Shown here: piece by piece, positions 1 through 9,703 of the stretch | Numbering within the stretch: the first letter of the stretch is position 1 | Layout: every line of letters starts with the position of its first letter | Origin: Pirellulales bacterium | GTDB taxonomy: Bacteria > Planctomycetota > Planctomycetia > Pirellulales > JAICIG01 | NCBI GenBank assembly: GCA_040901675.1 | Contig: JBBDYJ010000016.1 | Span: forward strand, 1-64,000 | Length of the DNA stretch: 64,000 bases | Reading direction: 5' to 3' | Program-made: the position numbers and the translations under genes | The notes under the pieces: generated by a model | Told to the model about the DNA's origin: nothing | What the model saw: the letters and a program-made list of their open reading frames with translations, nothing else | Database searches by the model: none

Positions 1-119
1 CCGTGTTCCGATTCCTCCTTCCTCCTTCCTCCTCCTTCTGCCTTCCCCCGCGCCGATCCCGCTTCGGCAAGCTAGGCTTGTCCAGTAGGAACCGCAAACT
101 GGGACGACCAACCGCACCG

Positions 120-569
120 ATGTATTTTGAGACCGTGACCGATCTGGCGGAACAGGCCGAGCGGCTCCGCGTTCGCCGTTACGGCGTGATTGAAGTCGTC
201 GGCGCCCGGCTGCGGGCCGTGCGCCTCAGGCCATTTCCGAAGCTGGCCTCCCTGGCCGGGGCGGCCCTGCTGGGGCACTGGTTTCACGAGCGCCGCCTGG
301 GGGACCGCTGCCTGTTGTATTACAACCAGCCCCGTCGTTTTCCCAATTTCTTAGCGCTGCAATACCTGTTGAGCGCGCGGCGGACACGGTTGGCCACCGT
401 GCTGTCGGCCCTTGCGGTGCTGGACGAGATCGCCCGCTTGAAGCGTTCGGAGGCCTTGCTGTGCGACGCCTCGAACGTGCGGTTGTCCGACCGGGTCTTG
501 GCCCGCTACGGCTGGCAGCCGCACTGTCCCAGCCGCTGGCACCGCAACTTCATCAAGCGGCTGGGATGA
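120..569 (+). CDS. Conserved hypothetical protein
   Basis: ORF 3..569; the first 39 codons include translated heptamer repeats, so ATG 120 (MYFETVTDL...) is the more plausible start. 3' end overlaps the convergent methylase gene. Confidence 0.6.
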   Translation: MYFETVTDLAEQAERLRVRRYGVIEVVGARLRAVRLRPFPKLASLAGAALLGHWFHERRLGDRCLLYYNQPRRFPNFLALQYLLSARRTRLATVLSALAVLDEIARLKRSEALLCDASNVRLSDRVLARYGWQPHCPSRWHRNFIKRLG

Positions 570-2184
570 GCAGCTCCAGTCCCGGCACGAGCAAACGTTC
601 CATTTCGCGCGGCTCGAACTTGGTCAAGCCTCCGGCATAGGTCCGCCCGTCGCTCAACTGCACTGCCCGGCGCAGGAAGCGGACCAGGTTCTCCAGCACA
701 TTCTGGCCAAGCGGCTCGCGAGGGTAAACCCCATGTGCGATGTTGATATGACGCGCCTGCGCCCGATTGTGAACGAATGCCGGAGGCCGACGAGCCATGT
801 ACGTCGCCAAAATCGGCGCGGGTTCGCGCAAGCCAACCGACCACCAGGCTCTGCGATTCGTGGCCACGTAGCCCAGGTGCGCTCCAAGCGCTTTGGCCTT
901 GGAAAGGTGTCGGTCGATCGCTTTGCGGTCGCAGGCGTCGAAGACGTCGAGGTCAACGGGCAGGTCGATGACTCGACGCAGCGCGGACGCGTCCTCGAGC
1001 ACGAGCCCCGCCTCGAACAACTCTCGTGCCTTTGTAACGCTGGGGAACAACACGCGGTCGGGCAACCCGGCACTATCCGGGCCGGCGATCCAAACCTTGT
1101 TCAGCCCGGTCACCTGACCGCGGTGCACGCGGCATAGCTCGCCGAGCTCAACGTAGCCTTCCCGCCCCTTGCGCCGGCGGCGCGTCAGGGGCGACCATCG
1201 CGGCTGCGACTCGAACCGCTCACGCGGTACGACTCGATCGCCGTTGTGGTCGTTCAACTCCGCGAGGTTGCTCACGCGCTTGAGCTGGATCGAGCCTGGC
1301 CTCTCCCCGATCTGAAAATACGTGATCGCCGCCGTGGTCGCGGCATCGGGAAAGGGCATTGCCGTCGGCTCGATGACCGTGATGCGGCGCCCGCCAAGCT
1401 GCGACAAAAACAGCTCGCGGACCAGGCTGCCGTAATTGACGTCCAGCCACTCGCCGGCGGTGATGTAGGCCCCATAGTCTCCGGGCACCGCCTGGATCGC
1501 CGTGGCCAGAAAAAAATGAACGTGCAGGCCGGCGAGTTGGCTGGCAGCGTGCCCGAGCTTCGCGGCTTCCGCGACGAGCCATGTCTTCCAACTCCCCGCG
1601 ACCGAGTGGTGGCGCACATAGGGCGGATTGCCGATGTACAGCGTTTGCCCAGTGATGGCGCCCTGGTAAGTTGCTCGGTAGTCGCCCACGACGACTTCGG
1701 CACGGCCTGCCAGCCCCGCGACGGCCAGGTTGGCACGAGCCAGCATCGCCGGAAAAGGGTCGATCTCCACACCAAACAGAGTGGCCTGGGGCATCCGCCG
1801 GCCCGCAGCAAGCAAGTAACGCCCCGAACCAATGCCGGGATCCACGATCCGTTGCGGGCGGCCGGCGTCGGCGGCCCAATCCACCATCGCATCAACAATC
1901 GCAGCGGGTGTAAAAGTCGCCCCCTTTTCGCGCCGCTCGGGGGCCGTGCGGATCCGGCAAAAAGCGTCGCCCAGCGGATCTTCGCCTGCTTCAATCCTCT
2001 GCCGGAAGTCTGTGGCGATCTGCCGGGGTACCGGAACAGCGGCCTGGGCCAGCCGCTCTTCCTCCTTGGACCAGCCTCGGACCTTCCGCGCCCCCAGCGA
2101 GAGCGCTATTTGCACCAGCTCCCCTTCCCGGCAGGGACAATCAACCAGGTCGCCTAGCGTCAATTGTTGCTCCTGCTGAGCCAT
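553..2184 (-). CDS. N6-adenine DNA methyltransferase (Eco57I/gamma-class type), apparently orphan
   Basis: GATFTP, SAM-binding motif I (IVDPGIGSGRYL), catalytic GNPPY, C-terminal GRTYAGGLTKFEP; start taken at MAQQEQ. Confidence 0.85.
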   Translation of the reverse strand: MAQQEQQLTLGDLVDCPCREGELVQIALSLGARKVRGWSKEEERLAQAAVPVPRQIATDFRQRIEAGEDPLGDAFCRIRTAPERREKGATFTPAAIVDAMVDWAADAGRPQRIVDPGIGSGRYLLAAGRRMPQATLFGVEIDPFPAMLARANLAVAGLAGRAEVVVGDYRATYQGAITGQTLYIGNPPYVRHHSVAGSWKTWLVAEAAKLGHAASQLAGLHVHFFLATAIQAVPGDYGAYITAGEWLDVNYGSLVRELFLSQLGGRRITVIEPTAMPFPDAATTAAITYFQIGERPGSIQLKRVSNLAELNDHNGDRVVPRERFESQPRWSPLTRRRRKGREGYVELGELCRVHRGQVTGLNKVWIAGPDSAGLPDRVLFPSVTKARELFEAGLVLEDASALRRVIDLPVDLDVFDACDRKAIDRHLSKAKALGAHLGYVATNRRAWWSVGLREPAPILATYMARRPPAFVHNRAQARHINIAHGVYPREPLGQNVLENLVRFLRRAVQLSDGRTYAGGLTKFEPREMERLLVPGLELLIPAA

Positions 2185-2444
2185 GGTGCCCGCTCCCAAG
2201 CCAATTCTCAGGACTGAAGCGCCTCCTGCGACGGCCGCATGCTAGCAATGAACTAATGTACAGACTTCGCCCCCATCTCGCAAGCTCGGAAATCGTTTTG
2301 CGCCAAACGGAATGGAATTTCCATTCACTGATTCGCCGTTGTTTCCCGGCGGCCACGCTGCTACTATCCGCCGCGCGAACGGGGGGTGAAGCCGCGCGCT
2401 CAACTGGCGGCAGTAACTCGGCCTGGATGGAAAGACGGGTGGGC

Positions 2445-3266
2445 ATGCGAAAGGCGGCAGCTGCACTGGTGGCCTTCTGCGTGATCGGCGCGCAGGGCTG
2501 CGCGCAGAACCCCTTGGTCCTGCAGGGGCAGGTCCAGACGCTCCAGCAACAGCAGTTGGCGCTTGCTCAACAGAACCAGGAGCTCCAGGGCCGGGCCGCC
2601 GCCCTGGACCAGGACAACCAGGAGCTGGGCACGCTGCTGGCGCAGGCACGCCAGCAGGCCGGGGTCCTGGAAGACCAGGTGGCCGCCCTAAGGGACCAGT
2701 TGGGCAGCTCGGCGGCGCAACTGGCCCGCCAGAAGGAAGAGCGCCAGGAGGTGGAAAAGAAGTCCGAGACCTTGGCCGCCTCGGTCAAGCGCCGGGCGGG
2801 CGCCACGATCACCGCCAACAGCAGCCTGCGCGAGCGGCTGCCCGCGGTCGATATCCCGGGCGTCGAGGTCCGCGCCGACGGCGACGTGATCCGCCTCGAG
2901 CTGCCCGGGGGCAGGCTGTTCGAGTCGGGCCAGGCCTCGTTGCTGCCCCAGGCGACGGCGCTCATCGACAGCGTGGCCGCCGAGATTGCCCGGGCCTATC
3001 CGGAACACCTGGTAGGCATCGAGGGACACACCGACAGCGACCCCATCCGGGCCGGGCCCTGGCGGAGCAACCACCAGCTCTCCGTGGCCCGCGCCATGGC
3101 CGTCTACGAGTACCTGGCGGGGCGCACCCGGCTGGCGCCGCGGCAGTTGTTTGTCGTCGGGCACGGCGCCAACCATCCGGTAGTGTCCAACGGCACCCAG
3201 GCCGGCAAGCAGCGCAACCGGCGCGTCGAGCTCGTCATCTATCCCGAACGCCTCGCCGCACGGTAG
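2445..3266 (+). CDS. OmpA/MotB-family peptidoglycan-binding lipoprotein with coiled coil
   Basis: Signal peptide with lipobox-like AQGC, Q/L-rich coiled coil, then EGHTD...NHQLSVARA...RNRRVEL OmpA-C motifs. Confidence 0.85.
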   Translation: MRKAAAALVAFCVIGAQGCAQNPLVLQGQVQTLQQQQLALAQQNQELQGRAAALDQDNQELGTLLAQARQQAGVLEDQVAALRDQLGSSAAQLARQKEERQEVEKKSETLAASVKRRAGATITANSSLRERLPAVDIPGVEVRADGDVIRLELPGGRLFESGQASLLPQATALIDSVAAEIARAYPEHLVGIEGHTDSDPIRAGPWRSNHQLSVARAMAVYEYLAGRTRLAPRQLFVVGHGANHPVVSNGTQAGKQRNRRVELVIYPERLAAR

Positions 3267-3344
3267 AATCGGCCTTTTGCGGCCGCGAACCATCCGGGGC
3301 GTCCTCGTGTCCAAGGTCCAGTTGTCCCACCGCGCGCTAAGAGC

Positions 3345-3953
3345 ATGATTGCGATCGTTGACTATGGCATGGGTAATCTGCGGAGCGTGCAGAAGGCCCT
3401 CTTGAAGGTTGGACACGAGGCGGCGATCAGCGACGATCCGGCCGTGCTGCGGCAGGCCGACAAGCTGGTGCTGCCCGGCGTGGGGGCCTTTGGCGACGCC
3501 ATGGACGAGTTGAAGCGCCGCCGGCTGGTGGAGCCGATCCGAGCGGCCATCCAGGCGGAGAAGCCCTTCCTGGGAATCTGCCTCGGCTTGCAGTTGCTGT
3601 TCGAGGTCGGCAACGAGGGGGGCCGGCACGAAGGCCTGGGCGTGCTCGCCGGCGAAGTGGTGCGGTTCGACCTGGCGGCGGGCTACAAAGTGCCCCACAT
3701 GGGGTGGAACCAACTGGCCATCCGGCGGCCGGCGCCGCTCTTCGAAGGCATAGCGGATGGGAGCCACGTCTACTTCGTGCACTCGTACTACGCGGTCCCT
3801 CACGACCGGCAGGTGATCGCCGCCGAGACGAGCTATCCCGAGCCGTTCGCCTCGGTGATCTGGCAAGACAACGTATATGCCACCCAGTTCCATCCCGAGA
3901 AGAGCCAGGCCGACGGGCTGCGGATGCTGAAGAACTTCGCCGAGCTGGCCTGA
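3345..3953 (+). CDS. hisH: Imidazole glycerol phosphate synthase glutamine amidotransferase subunit
   Basis: MIAIVDYGMGNLRSV, LPGVGAF, GICLGLQ, PHMGWN, YFVHSY, QFHPEKS. Confidence 0.97.
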   Translation: MIAIVDYGMGNLRSVQKALLKVGHEAAISDDPAVLRQADKLVLPGVGAFGDAMDELKRRRLVEPIRAAIQAEKPFLGICLGLQLLFEVGNEGGRHEGLGVLAGEVVRFDLAAGYKVPHMGWNQLAIRRPAPLFEGIADGSHVYFVHSYYAVPHDRQVIAAETSYPEPFASVIWQDNVYATQFHPEKSQADGLRMLKNFAELA

Positions 3954-4240
3954 CCCCGCCACGGCCGAAAGCGTGGCGGGATGCGGAGACTCACCAGCCA
4001 TCAGCCGCCCCTGGGCCGGGTCCCGCACGCAGCCCCGCAGCCGCACTGCAGCCTCGCTCTTATTCCTCCTTCCTCCCTTCCTCCTTCCTCCTTGCTCCTT
4101 TCGCCTTCTGCCTTCGTCCTTCTGCCTTCTGCCTTCAAATGCTGTCCCGTTTCCCCGCGCCGGGCTAGTATGGAAATCGTCCCCGCGAGGCACGGATTCG
4201 CTTCCGGCGGCAGTCGTCGGGGCTGAGGGGAGCCGTCCGC

Positions 4241-4729
4241 ATGCCGTATGAGATCATCTGCCCGGTGTGCGGCCGGGAATTGCGCGTCTCCGACGAGGCG
4301 GCCGGGCACAACGTGCAGTGCCCGGCCTGCCAATCGATCCTGGTAGCGCCCGAGCCTGCCGAGCGCGGGCCGCTTTCGGGCGTGGTGGAGATCCTGGTGG
4401 AGGAGGCGGCCTACCAGCGCTCCAAGCCGCCCAAGCCGGAGCACCACGAGCCGTCTCGGTCTCCCCGCACTACGGTGCGGAGGCGAAAGCCGAAAAAAAG
4501 CCAGCTCGATCAGTACCGCTACGGCGAAGTAGAACTGAGCGGGCTCGATTGGGCGCTGGCGATTTTATGCGGCGGCATTGCTTGCATCATCGCCATCGTC
4601 TGGCTCATCCAGGGCCATCCCAAGGGGACCAAAATGCTGGTCACCACCATTGTCGTCAATGTGGCCCTGTCCGCTGCCGGCCTCGCGCTGGGCATCGTCT
4701 TGGCAATCGTCGGCGGCGTACCGCAGTAA
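4241..4729 (+). CDS. Zinc-ribbon membrane protein
   Basis: CPVC...CPAC at the N-terminus, two C-terminal hydrophobic helices. Confidence 0.7.
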   Translation: MPYEIICPVCGRELRVSDEAAGHNVQCPACQSILVAPEPAERGPLSGVVEILVEEAAYQRSKPPKPEHHEPSRSPRTTVRRRKPKKSQLDQYRYGEVELSGLDWALAILCGGIACIIAIVWLIQGHPKGTKMLVTTIVVNVALSAAGLALGIVLAIVGGVPQ

Positions 4730-4891
4730 TTCATGGTCCTGGCAGAAGACCAGGGCCAGCCATAAGAGGGACGCCGAGTTAACCAGCTAGGACTGCCGGC
4801 GCGGCGGACAATCGCTTGCAGCGGTATTTTTTCTGTGGCATATTCTGTTTTTCGGCTTTGTTCCCGGTCTCGGGGGTGGTAGTCCAGCACG

Positions 4892-5620
4892 ATGCAGATC
4901 TGGCCCGCTATCGACCTCCGCGGCGGTCAATGCGTCCGACTCCAGCAGGGGGACTACCACCGCGAAACCGTGTTCGGCAACGATCCGGCCGCCATGGCGG
5001 TTCGCTGGGTGCAACAGGGGGCACAGTGCCTGCACCTGGTTGACCTGGATGGGGCCAAGCTGGGGCGGCCCGCCAACTTGGAAGCGGTTAAGGACATTCT
5101 CGACGCCGTGGACGTGCCCTGCGAGCTGGGGGGAGGCATCCGCGACGACGAGTCGATCGCCGCGCTGTTGGAATTAGGTCTCCAGCGGCTGGTGATTGGC
5201 ACGCGGGCCCTCGAAGAGCCCGACTGGTTCCGCGCGATGTGCCGCCGCTTTCCAGATCGCCTGGCGTTGGGACTCGACGCCCGCGAGGGTCGCGTGGCGA
5301 CCCACGGCTGGCTCGCCACCAGCGACGTGGCGGCCGCTGACCTGGCCGCGCGGTACGTGGAAGAGCCGCTGGCGGCCATCATCTATACCGACATCGCCCG
5401 CGACGGCATGTTGAGCGGACCGAACCTGCCGGCGATGCGCGAGCTCGTCTCGACAACCGACATTCCGGTGGTGGCCTCGGGCGGCGTGCGGCGGGCCGGG
5501 GACGTGGCCGACCTGGCTCTCGCGGGAGTGGCTGGTTGCATTATCGGCAGGGCCTTGTACGAAGGCATGCTGACGCTGGCCGACGCGCTGGCAGCGGCCG
5601 GCAGCGCGAAGCCCTGTTAA
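4892..5620 (+). CDS. hisA: ProFAR isomerase
   Basis: PAIDLRGGQCVRLQQG, LHLVDLDGA, GGGIRD, TDIARDGMLSGPN, GRALYEG. Confidence 0.97.
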   Translation: MQIWPAIDLRGGQCVRLQQGDYHRETVFGNDPAAMAVRWVQQGAQCLHLVDLDGAKLGRPANLEAVKDILDAVDVPCELGGGIRDDESIAALLELGLQRLVIGTRALEEPDWFRAMCRRFPDRLALGLDAREGRVATHGWLATSDVAAADLAARYVEEPLAAIIYTDIARDGMLSGPNLPAMRELVSTTDIPVVASGGVRRAGDVADLALAGVAGCIIGRALYEGMLTLADALAAAGSAKPC

Positions 5621-5648
5621 CACCGTCAAAGTCAAAGGAAACGCTGGT

Positions 5649-7748
5649 ATGGCGCAACGCAACGTCGAGGACATTCGCAACATTGCCTTCTGCGGCCACG
5701 GATCGGCCGGCAAGACCACGCTGGTCGACAAGCTGCTGATCAAGACCGGTGCCGTGAACCACCCGGCCAGCGTCGACGACGGCACGAGCATTTGCGACTT
5801 CGATGAGGAGGAGAAGCACCACAAATACACGATCGAGGCCAGCCTGGCGCACTTCGAGCACGGCGGGAAGCACTTCCAGGTGATCGACACGCCCGGCTAC
5901 CCCGACTTCATCGGGCAGACGATCGGGGCCCTGCGGGCGGTGGAGACGGCCGCCATCGTGATCAATGCCCATTCGGGAATCGAAGTCAACACCCGCCGCG
6001 TGTTCATGGAGGCCGGCAAGGCGGGCCTGGGGCGCATGATCGTGATCAGCAAGATGGACGGCGACAACATCGACTATCCGGCGCTGCTTTCGAGCATCCG
6101 CTCGATGTTCGGGCCGGCCTGCGTACCCTTGAACGTGCCGGTGGGCAGCGGACCGGGTTTCAAGGGGGTCGCCGGCACCTTGAAGCCGCGGGCCGATGCC
6201 GCCGGCGCCCTGGTGAACCCGGCCGAGTTGAGCGAGAAGCTGATCGAGTCGATCATCGAGAACGACGAGGAAGTCACGGCCCGCTACTTCGAAGGCCAGC
6301 AGCCGACGGACGAGGAAGTCTCGCGGCTGATCGTCGAGGCGGTGGCGGCCGGAACTCTGATCCCCATTGTGGCCATTTCCGCCAAGGGCGACGTGGGCCT
6401 GTCCGAGCTGTTGGACGCGCTGGCGCTGTGCGGGCTGCCGCCGGGGCGCGTGCGGCGGACGGCCAAGAGGCCCGATGGCAGCGAGGTCGAGTTGAAGCCC
6501 GACCCGGCAGGGCCGCTGGTGGCGCAGGTGTTCAAGACGCGGATCGATCCCTTCGTGCAGAAGCTGAGCTACCTGCGCGTGTTTTCGGGAACGCTGAAGA
6601 AGGACGAGACGGTGCAGGCCTCGACGGCCCGCAAGGGGATCAAGATCGCGCAGCTCTTCCGCGTGCAGGCCAACCACACCGAGCCGGTCGACAGCGCCGG
6701 CCCCGGCGACATCGTGGCCCTGGCCAAGGTCGAGGACCTGCACATCGGCAGCACGCTGGGTGAGCTGGTGATGGGCCCGCTGAGCTTTCCGACGCCGATG
6801 GTGGGCATGGCGGTCACGCCCAAGAGCCGCGGCGACGAAGGAAAGCTGTCGGGCGCCCTGCACAAGCTGACCGAGGAGGACGCCACGCTCAGGCTCGATC
6901 GCGACATGCAGACCAAGGAGCTGGTGATGAACGGCATGAGCGAGCTGCACTTGCAAGTGGTGCAGGAGCGGCTCAAGCGGCGCGACAAGGTCGAGGTCGA
7001 CGCCAAAGAACCCAAAATCCCCTACCGCGAGACGATCCAGGCGAGAGCCGAGGGGAGCTACCGGCACAAGAAGCAGTCGGGCGGCCGCGGCCAGTTCGGC
7101 GAGGTGCATATCCGCATGGTGCCGCTGCCGCAAGGCACCGACATCGAAACGTTCGCCACGAAGGAGAACTTCTCTTCGATGCGCGAGTACCACTACGATC
7201 CGGCCAACAATTTCCTCTGGATCGACTCGATCGTGGGGGGCACCATCCCCAACAACTTCCTCCCCGCGGTGGAAAAAGGCTTCAAAGAGCGGATGGAGCG
7301 GGGAGTGATCGCCGGCTACAAGGTGCAGAACGTCTGCGTCGAGGTGCACTTCGGCAAGCACCATCCGGTCGACAGCTCGGAAGCGGCCTTCAAGACGGCC
7401 GGCTCGATGGCCTTTCGCAACGTGTTCCAGCAGGCCAAGCCGTCGCTGTTGGAGCCGATCGTGACGGTGCACGTGACCGTGCCGCAGGAGAAGCTGGGCG
7501 ACATCAACAGCGACATGTCGGGCCGCCGTGGCCGCGTGCTGGGCATGGACTCGGCCGGCGGCGACTTGCAGACGGTGATCGCCGAGGTGCCGCTGTCGGA
7601 AGTGACCACCTATGCCCGGGCGCTGTCGAGCATGACGGGCGGTCAGGGCAGCTACACCTTGGACTTCAACCGCTACGACGTGGTGCCCGGCAACGTGCAG
7701 AAGGACATTATTGAAAAGGCCGTCCTGCACCCCGAAGACGAAGAGTAG
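5649..7748 (+). CDS. fusA: Elongation factor G paralog (EF-G2-like)
   Basis: GHGSAGKTT, DTPGYPDF, GMSELHL, HKKQSGGRGQFG, HPVDSSEAAFK, LLEPI; 699 aa. Confidence 0.9.
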   Translation: MAQRNVEDIRNIAFCGHGSAGKTTLVDKLLIKTGAVNHPASVDDGTSICDFDEEEKHHKYTIEASLAHFEHGGKHFQVIDTPGYPDFIGQTIGALRAVETAAIVINAHSGIEVNTRRVFMEAGKAGLGRMIVISKMDGDNIDYPALLSSIRSMFGPACVPLNVPVGSGPGFKGVAGTLKPRADAAGALVNPAELSEKLIESIIENDEEVTARYFEGQQPTDEEVSRLIVEAVAAGTLIPIVAISAKGDVGLSELLDALALCGLPPGRVRRTAKRPDGSEVELKPDPAGPLVAQVFKTRIDPFVQKLSYLRVFSGTLKKDETVQASTARKGIKIAQLFRVQANHTEPVDSAGPGDIVALAKVEDLHIGSTLGELVMGPLSFPTPMVGMAVTPKSRGDEGKLSGALHKLTEEDATLRLDRDMQTKELVMNGMSELHLQVVQERLKRRDKVEVDAKEPKIPYRETIQARAEGSYRHKKQSGGRGQFGEVHIRMVPLPQGTDIETFATKENFSSMREYHYDPANNFLWIDSIVGGTIPNNFLPAVEKGFKERMERGVIAGYKVQNVCVEVHFGKHHPVDSSEAAFKTAGSMAFRNVFQQAKPSLLEPIVTVHVTVPQEKLGDINSDMSGRRGRVLGMDSAGGDLQTVIAEVPLSEVTTYARALSSMTGGQGSYTLDFNRYDVVPGNVQKDIIEKAVLHPEDEE

Positions 7749-7914
7749 CGGGCGGCGGGGTGAGGGCAAGCTGGCTCGATCCGTCCCCCCCGACTACCGC
7801 AGCTTGCCACCCGTTTTCCCTAAACTCCCGGCCGCAGCCTACCGAACACAATTTGCAGATGCTTGATTTTGCCGGTAATAAGACCTACGATTAGCGGCGC
7901 AAGCCAGCGCGAGC

Positions 7915-8100
7915 TGGGTGGCTGGGTGGCTGGGTGGCTGGGGCAAAGCGATAGCGTGCCCCAGTTGCGATGCAAAGAACGTTGTTTTTCGGGCGATCCA
8001 AGCTGACGCGGGGTGGCTGGGGGGCTTGGGGCAAAGCAATAAGCGTGCCCCGGTTGCGATGTAAAGAAGGTTGTTTTTCGGCCGATCCAAGCTGACGCGT
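7915..8100. repeat. Two tandem ~90-bp copies of a REP-like element (GGGTGGCTGG..GGCAAAGC..TAGCGTGCCCC)
   Basis: 7921-8010 and 8011-8100 align closely; the same core recurs three times at 9361-9548. Confidence 0.8.
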
Positions 8101-8370
8101 TCCGTACTTCACGGTTTTTAGGCTGACTTTGCGGCGCATCGCTCGCCTGCGCTGCGTAAAGCGAAAGCTCGATATGAACCGCGCCTCTCAATCCGGCGGC
8201 CCTTTTCCCGGTGGCCACACCTTTCGCTGCGGCCACACTCTGGCGGCGCGCCCCTGGCGCTGTTGTCCGGCCTGACCGGACTATCTTCCCTCCTTGCCCA
8301 GCCGCACGTTTTCTCTTTATCCTTCTCTTTGCCGCGCGCACGACCTGGTGCGCCAGAGCATGGTGAACCA

Positions 8371-9324
8371 ATGGCTTCCGACTTCCGCCTGAAAGAACAA
8401 CTGCCGGAACTGACCCGGCAAATCGTGGCAACCTACACCGAGGTGGGCACCATCAACCACCTGGGACACTGCCCGCTGCCCAACTACGACGTGATCATCG
8501 AAGCCATCGAGGCGCTCAAGGAGATCCTCTACCCCGGCTATCGCCGGCGCGAGGGTCTGCACCTGGGCAACGTCACCTACCACGTGGGCGACCTGATCGA
8601 CGGCCTGCACGACAAGCTGACGACCCAGATCGGACGGGCGCTAAGGCACGAAGCCAGTTCCCGGACGGTGGTCGACGCCGAAATCGACTACGAAGCCTTG
8701 GGGCAGGCCAAGGCCATCCAGTTCCTGGAGCAGTTGCCCGACGTGCGGCGCGTGCTGGCCCTCGACGTGCAGGCGGCCTACGAAGGCGATCCGGCCGTGA
8801 AGAGCACCGACGAGGTGATCTTCTGCTACCCCGGACTGGAGGCGGTCACGGTATACCGCCTCGCGCACGTGCTGTGGAACCTGGAGGTGCCGCTCATCCC
8901 GCGGATGATGACCGAGTGGGCCCACAGCAAAACCGGCATCGACATCCACCCCGGGGCGCGGATCGGGCGGCATTTTTTCATCGACCATGGCACCGGCGTG
9001 GTAATCGGCGAAACTTGCGAAATCGGCGAGCACGTGAAGCTGTACCAGGGCGTCACGCTGGGCGCGTTGAGCTTTCCCACCGACGGCGACGGGCACCTGG
9101 TCCGCGGCACGAAGCGGCACCCCACCATCGAGGACCGCGTGGTGATTTACGCCAACGCCACCGTGCTGGGCGGTCAGACCGTGATCGGGCACGACTCGGT
9201 GATCGGATCCAGCGTCTGGCTCACCCGCAGCGTCGGGCCGCGGACCACCGTGGTCCTCGAAAAGCCCAAGCTCAAAATGCGCTCCGAGCTGGACGACCAG
9301 CGCGACGAGAACTACCAGATCTGA
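8371..9324 (+). CDS. cysE: Serine O-acetyltransferase (long EpsC type)
   Basis: [50 protein letters not shown]; start at MASDFRL. Confidence 0.92.
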   Translation: MASDFRLKEQLPELTRQIVATYTEVGTINHLGHCPLPNYDVIIEAIEALKEILYPGYRRREGLHLGNVTYHVGDLIDGLHDKLTTQIGRALRHEASSRTVVDAEIDYEALGQAKAIQFLEQLPDVRRVLALDVQAAYEGDPAVKSTDEVIFCYPGLEAVTVYRLAHVLWNLEVPLIPRMMTEWAHSKTGIDIHPGARIGRHFFIDHGTGVVIGETCEIGEHVKLYQGVTLGALSFPTDGDGHLVRGTKRHPTIEDRVVIYANATVLGGQTVIGHDSVIGSSVWLTRSVGPRTTVVLEKPKLKMRSELDDQRDENYQI

Positions 9325-9703
9325 AGGCAGAAGGCAGAAGGAGGAAGGAGGAAGGCCGATCGGGTGGCTGGCCGCAAAGCGGTAGCGTGCCCCAGTCTTC
9401 GTTCGTTCGTATCCTCCGCGTTCGCCTTGTCGCCTTGTCCCCATGTCCCTTGTCGCTCTTCCGGGTGGCTGGCGCAAAGGTAGCGGTTCGTAGTGATCCG
9501 CATTCATGCGGTCCGGGTGGCTGGTGGCAAAGCGGTAGCGTGCCCCAGGTACGGCTGTAGCCCGTAGGTCGAGGCACAACCGCGGCAGAGGGTTCTGCCT
9601 TCCTCCTTCCTCCTTCTGCCTTCCTCCTTCTGCCTTCCTCCTTCTGCCTTCCTCCTTCTGCCTTCTGCCTTCCTTCCTCCTTCCACCCTCCTCCTTCCTC
9701 CTT
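9323..9703. repeat. Heptamer arrays (GAAGGCA/GAAGGAG and their complement) flanking three REP-like copies
   Basis: GAAGGCAGAAGGCAGAAGGAGG at 9323-9356 and (CCTTCTG/CCTTCCT)n at 9593-9703 in opposite orientation; the same heptamers occur at 11-46, 4062-4136 and 26465-26497. Confidence 0.85.

Noticed and set aside
5541..7769. Long antisense ORFs (also 12421-14703, 16145-17647, 43343-45796 and others)
   Set aside because: They are shadows of well-supported genes on the opposite strand, expected at high GC.
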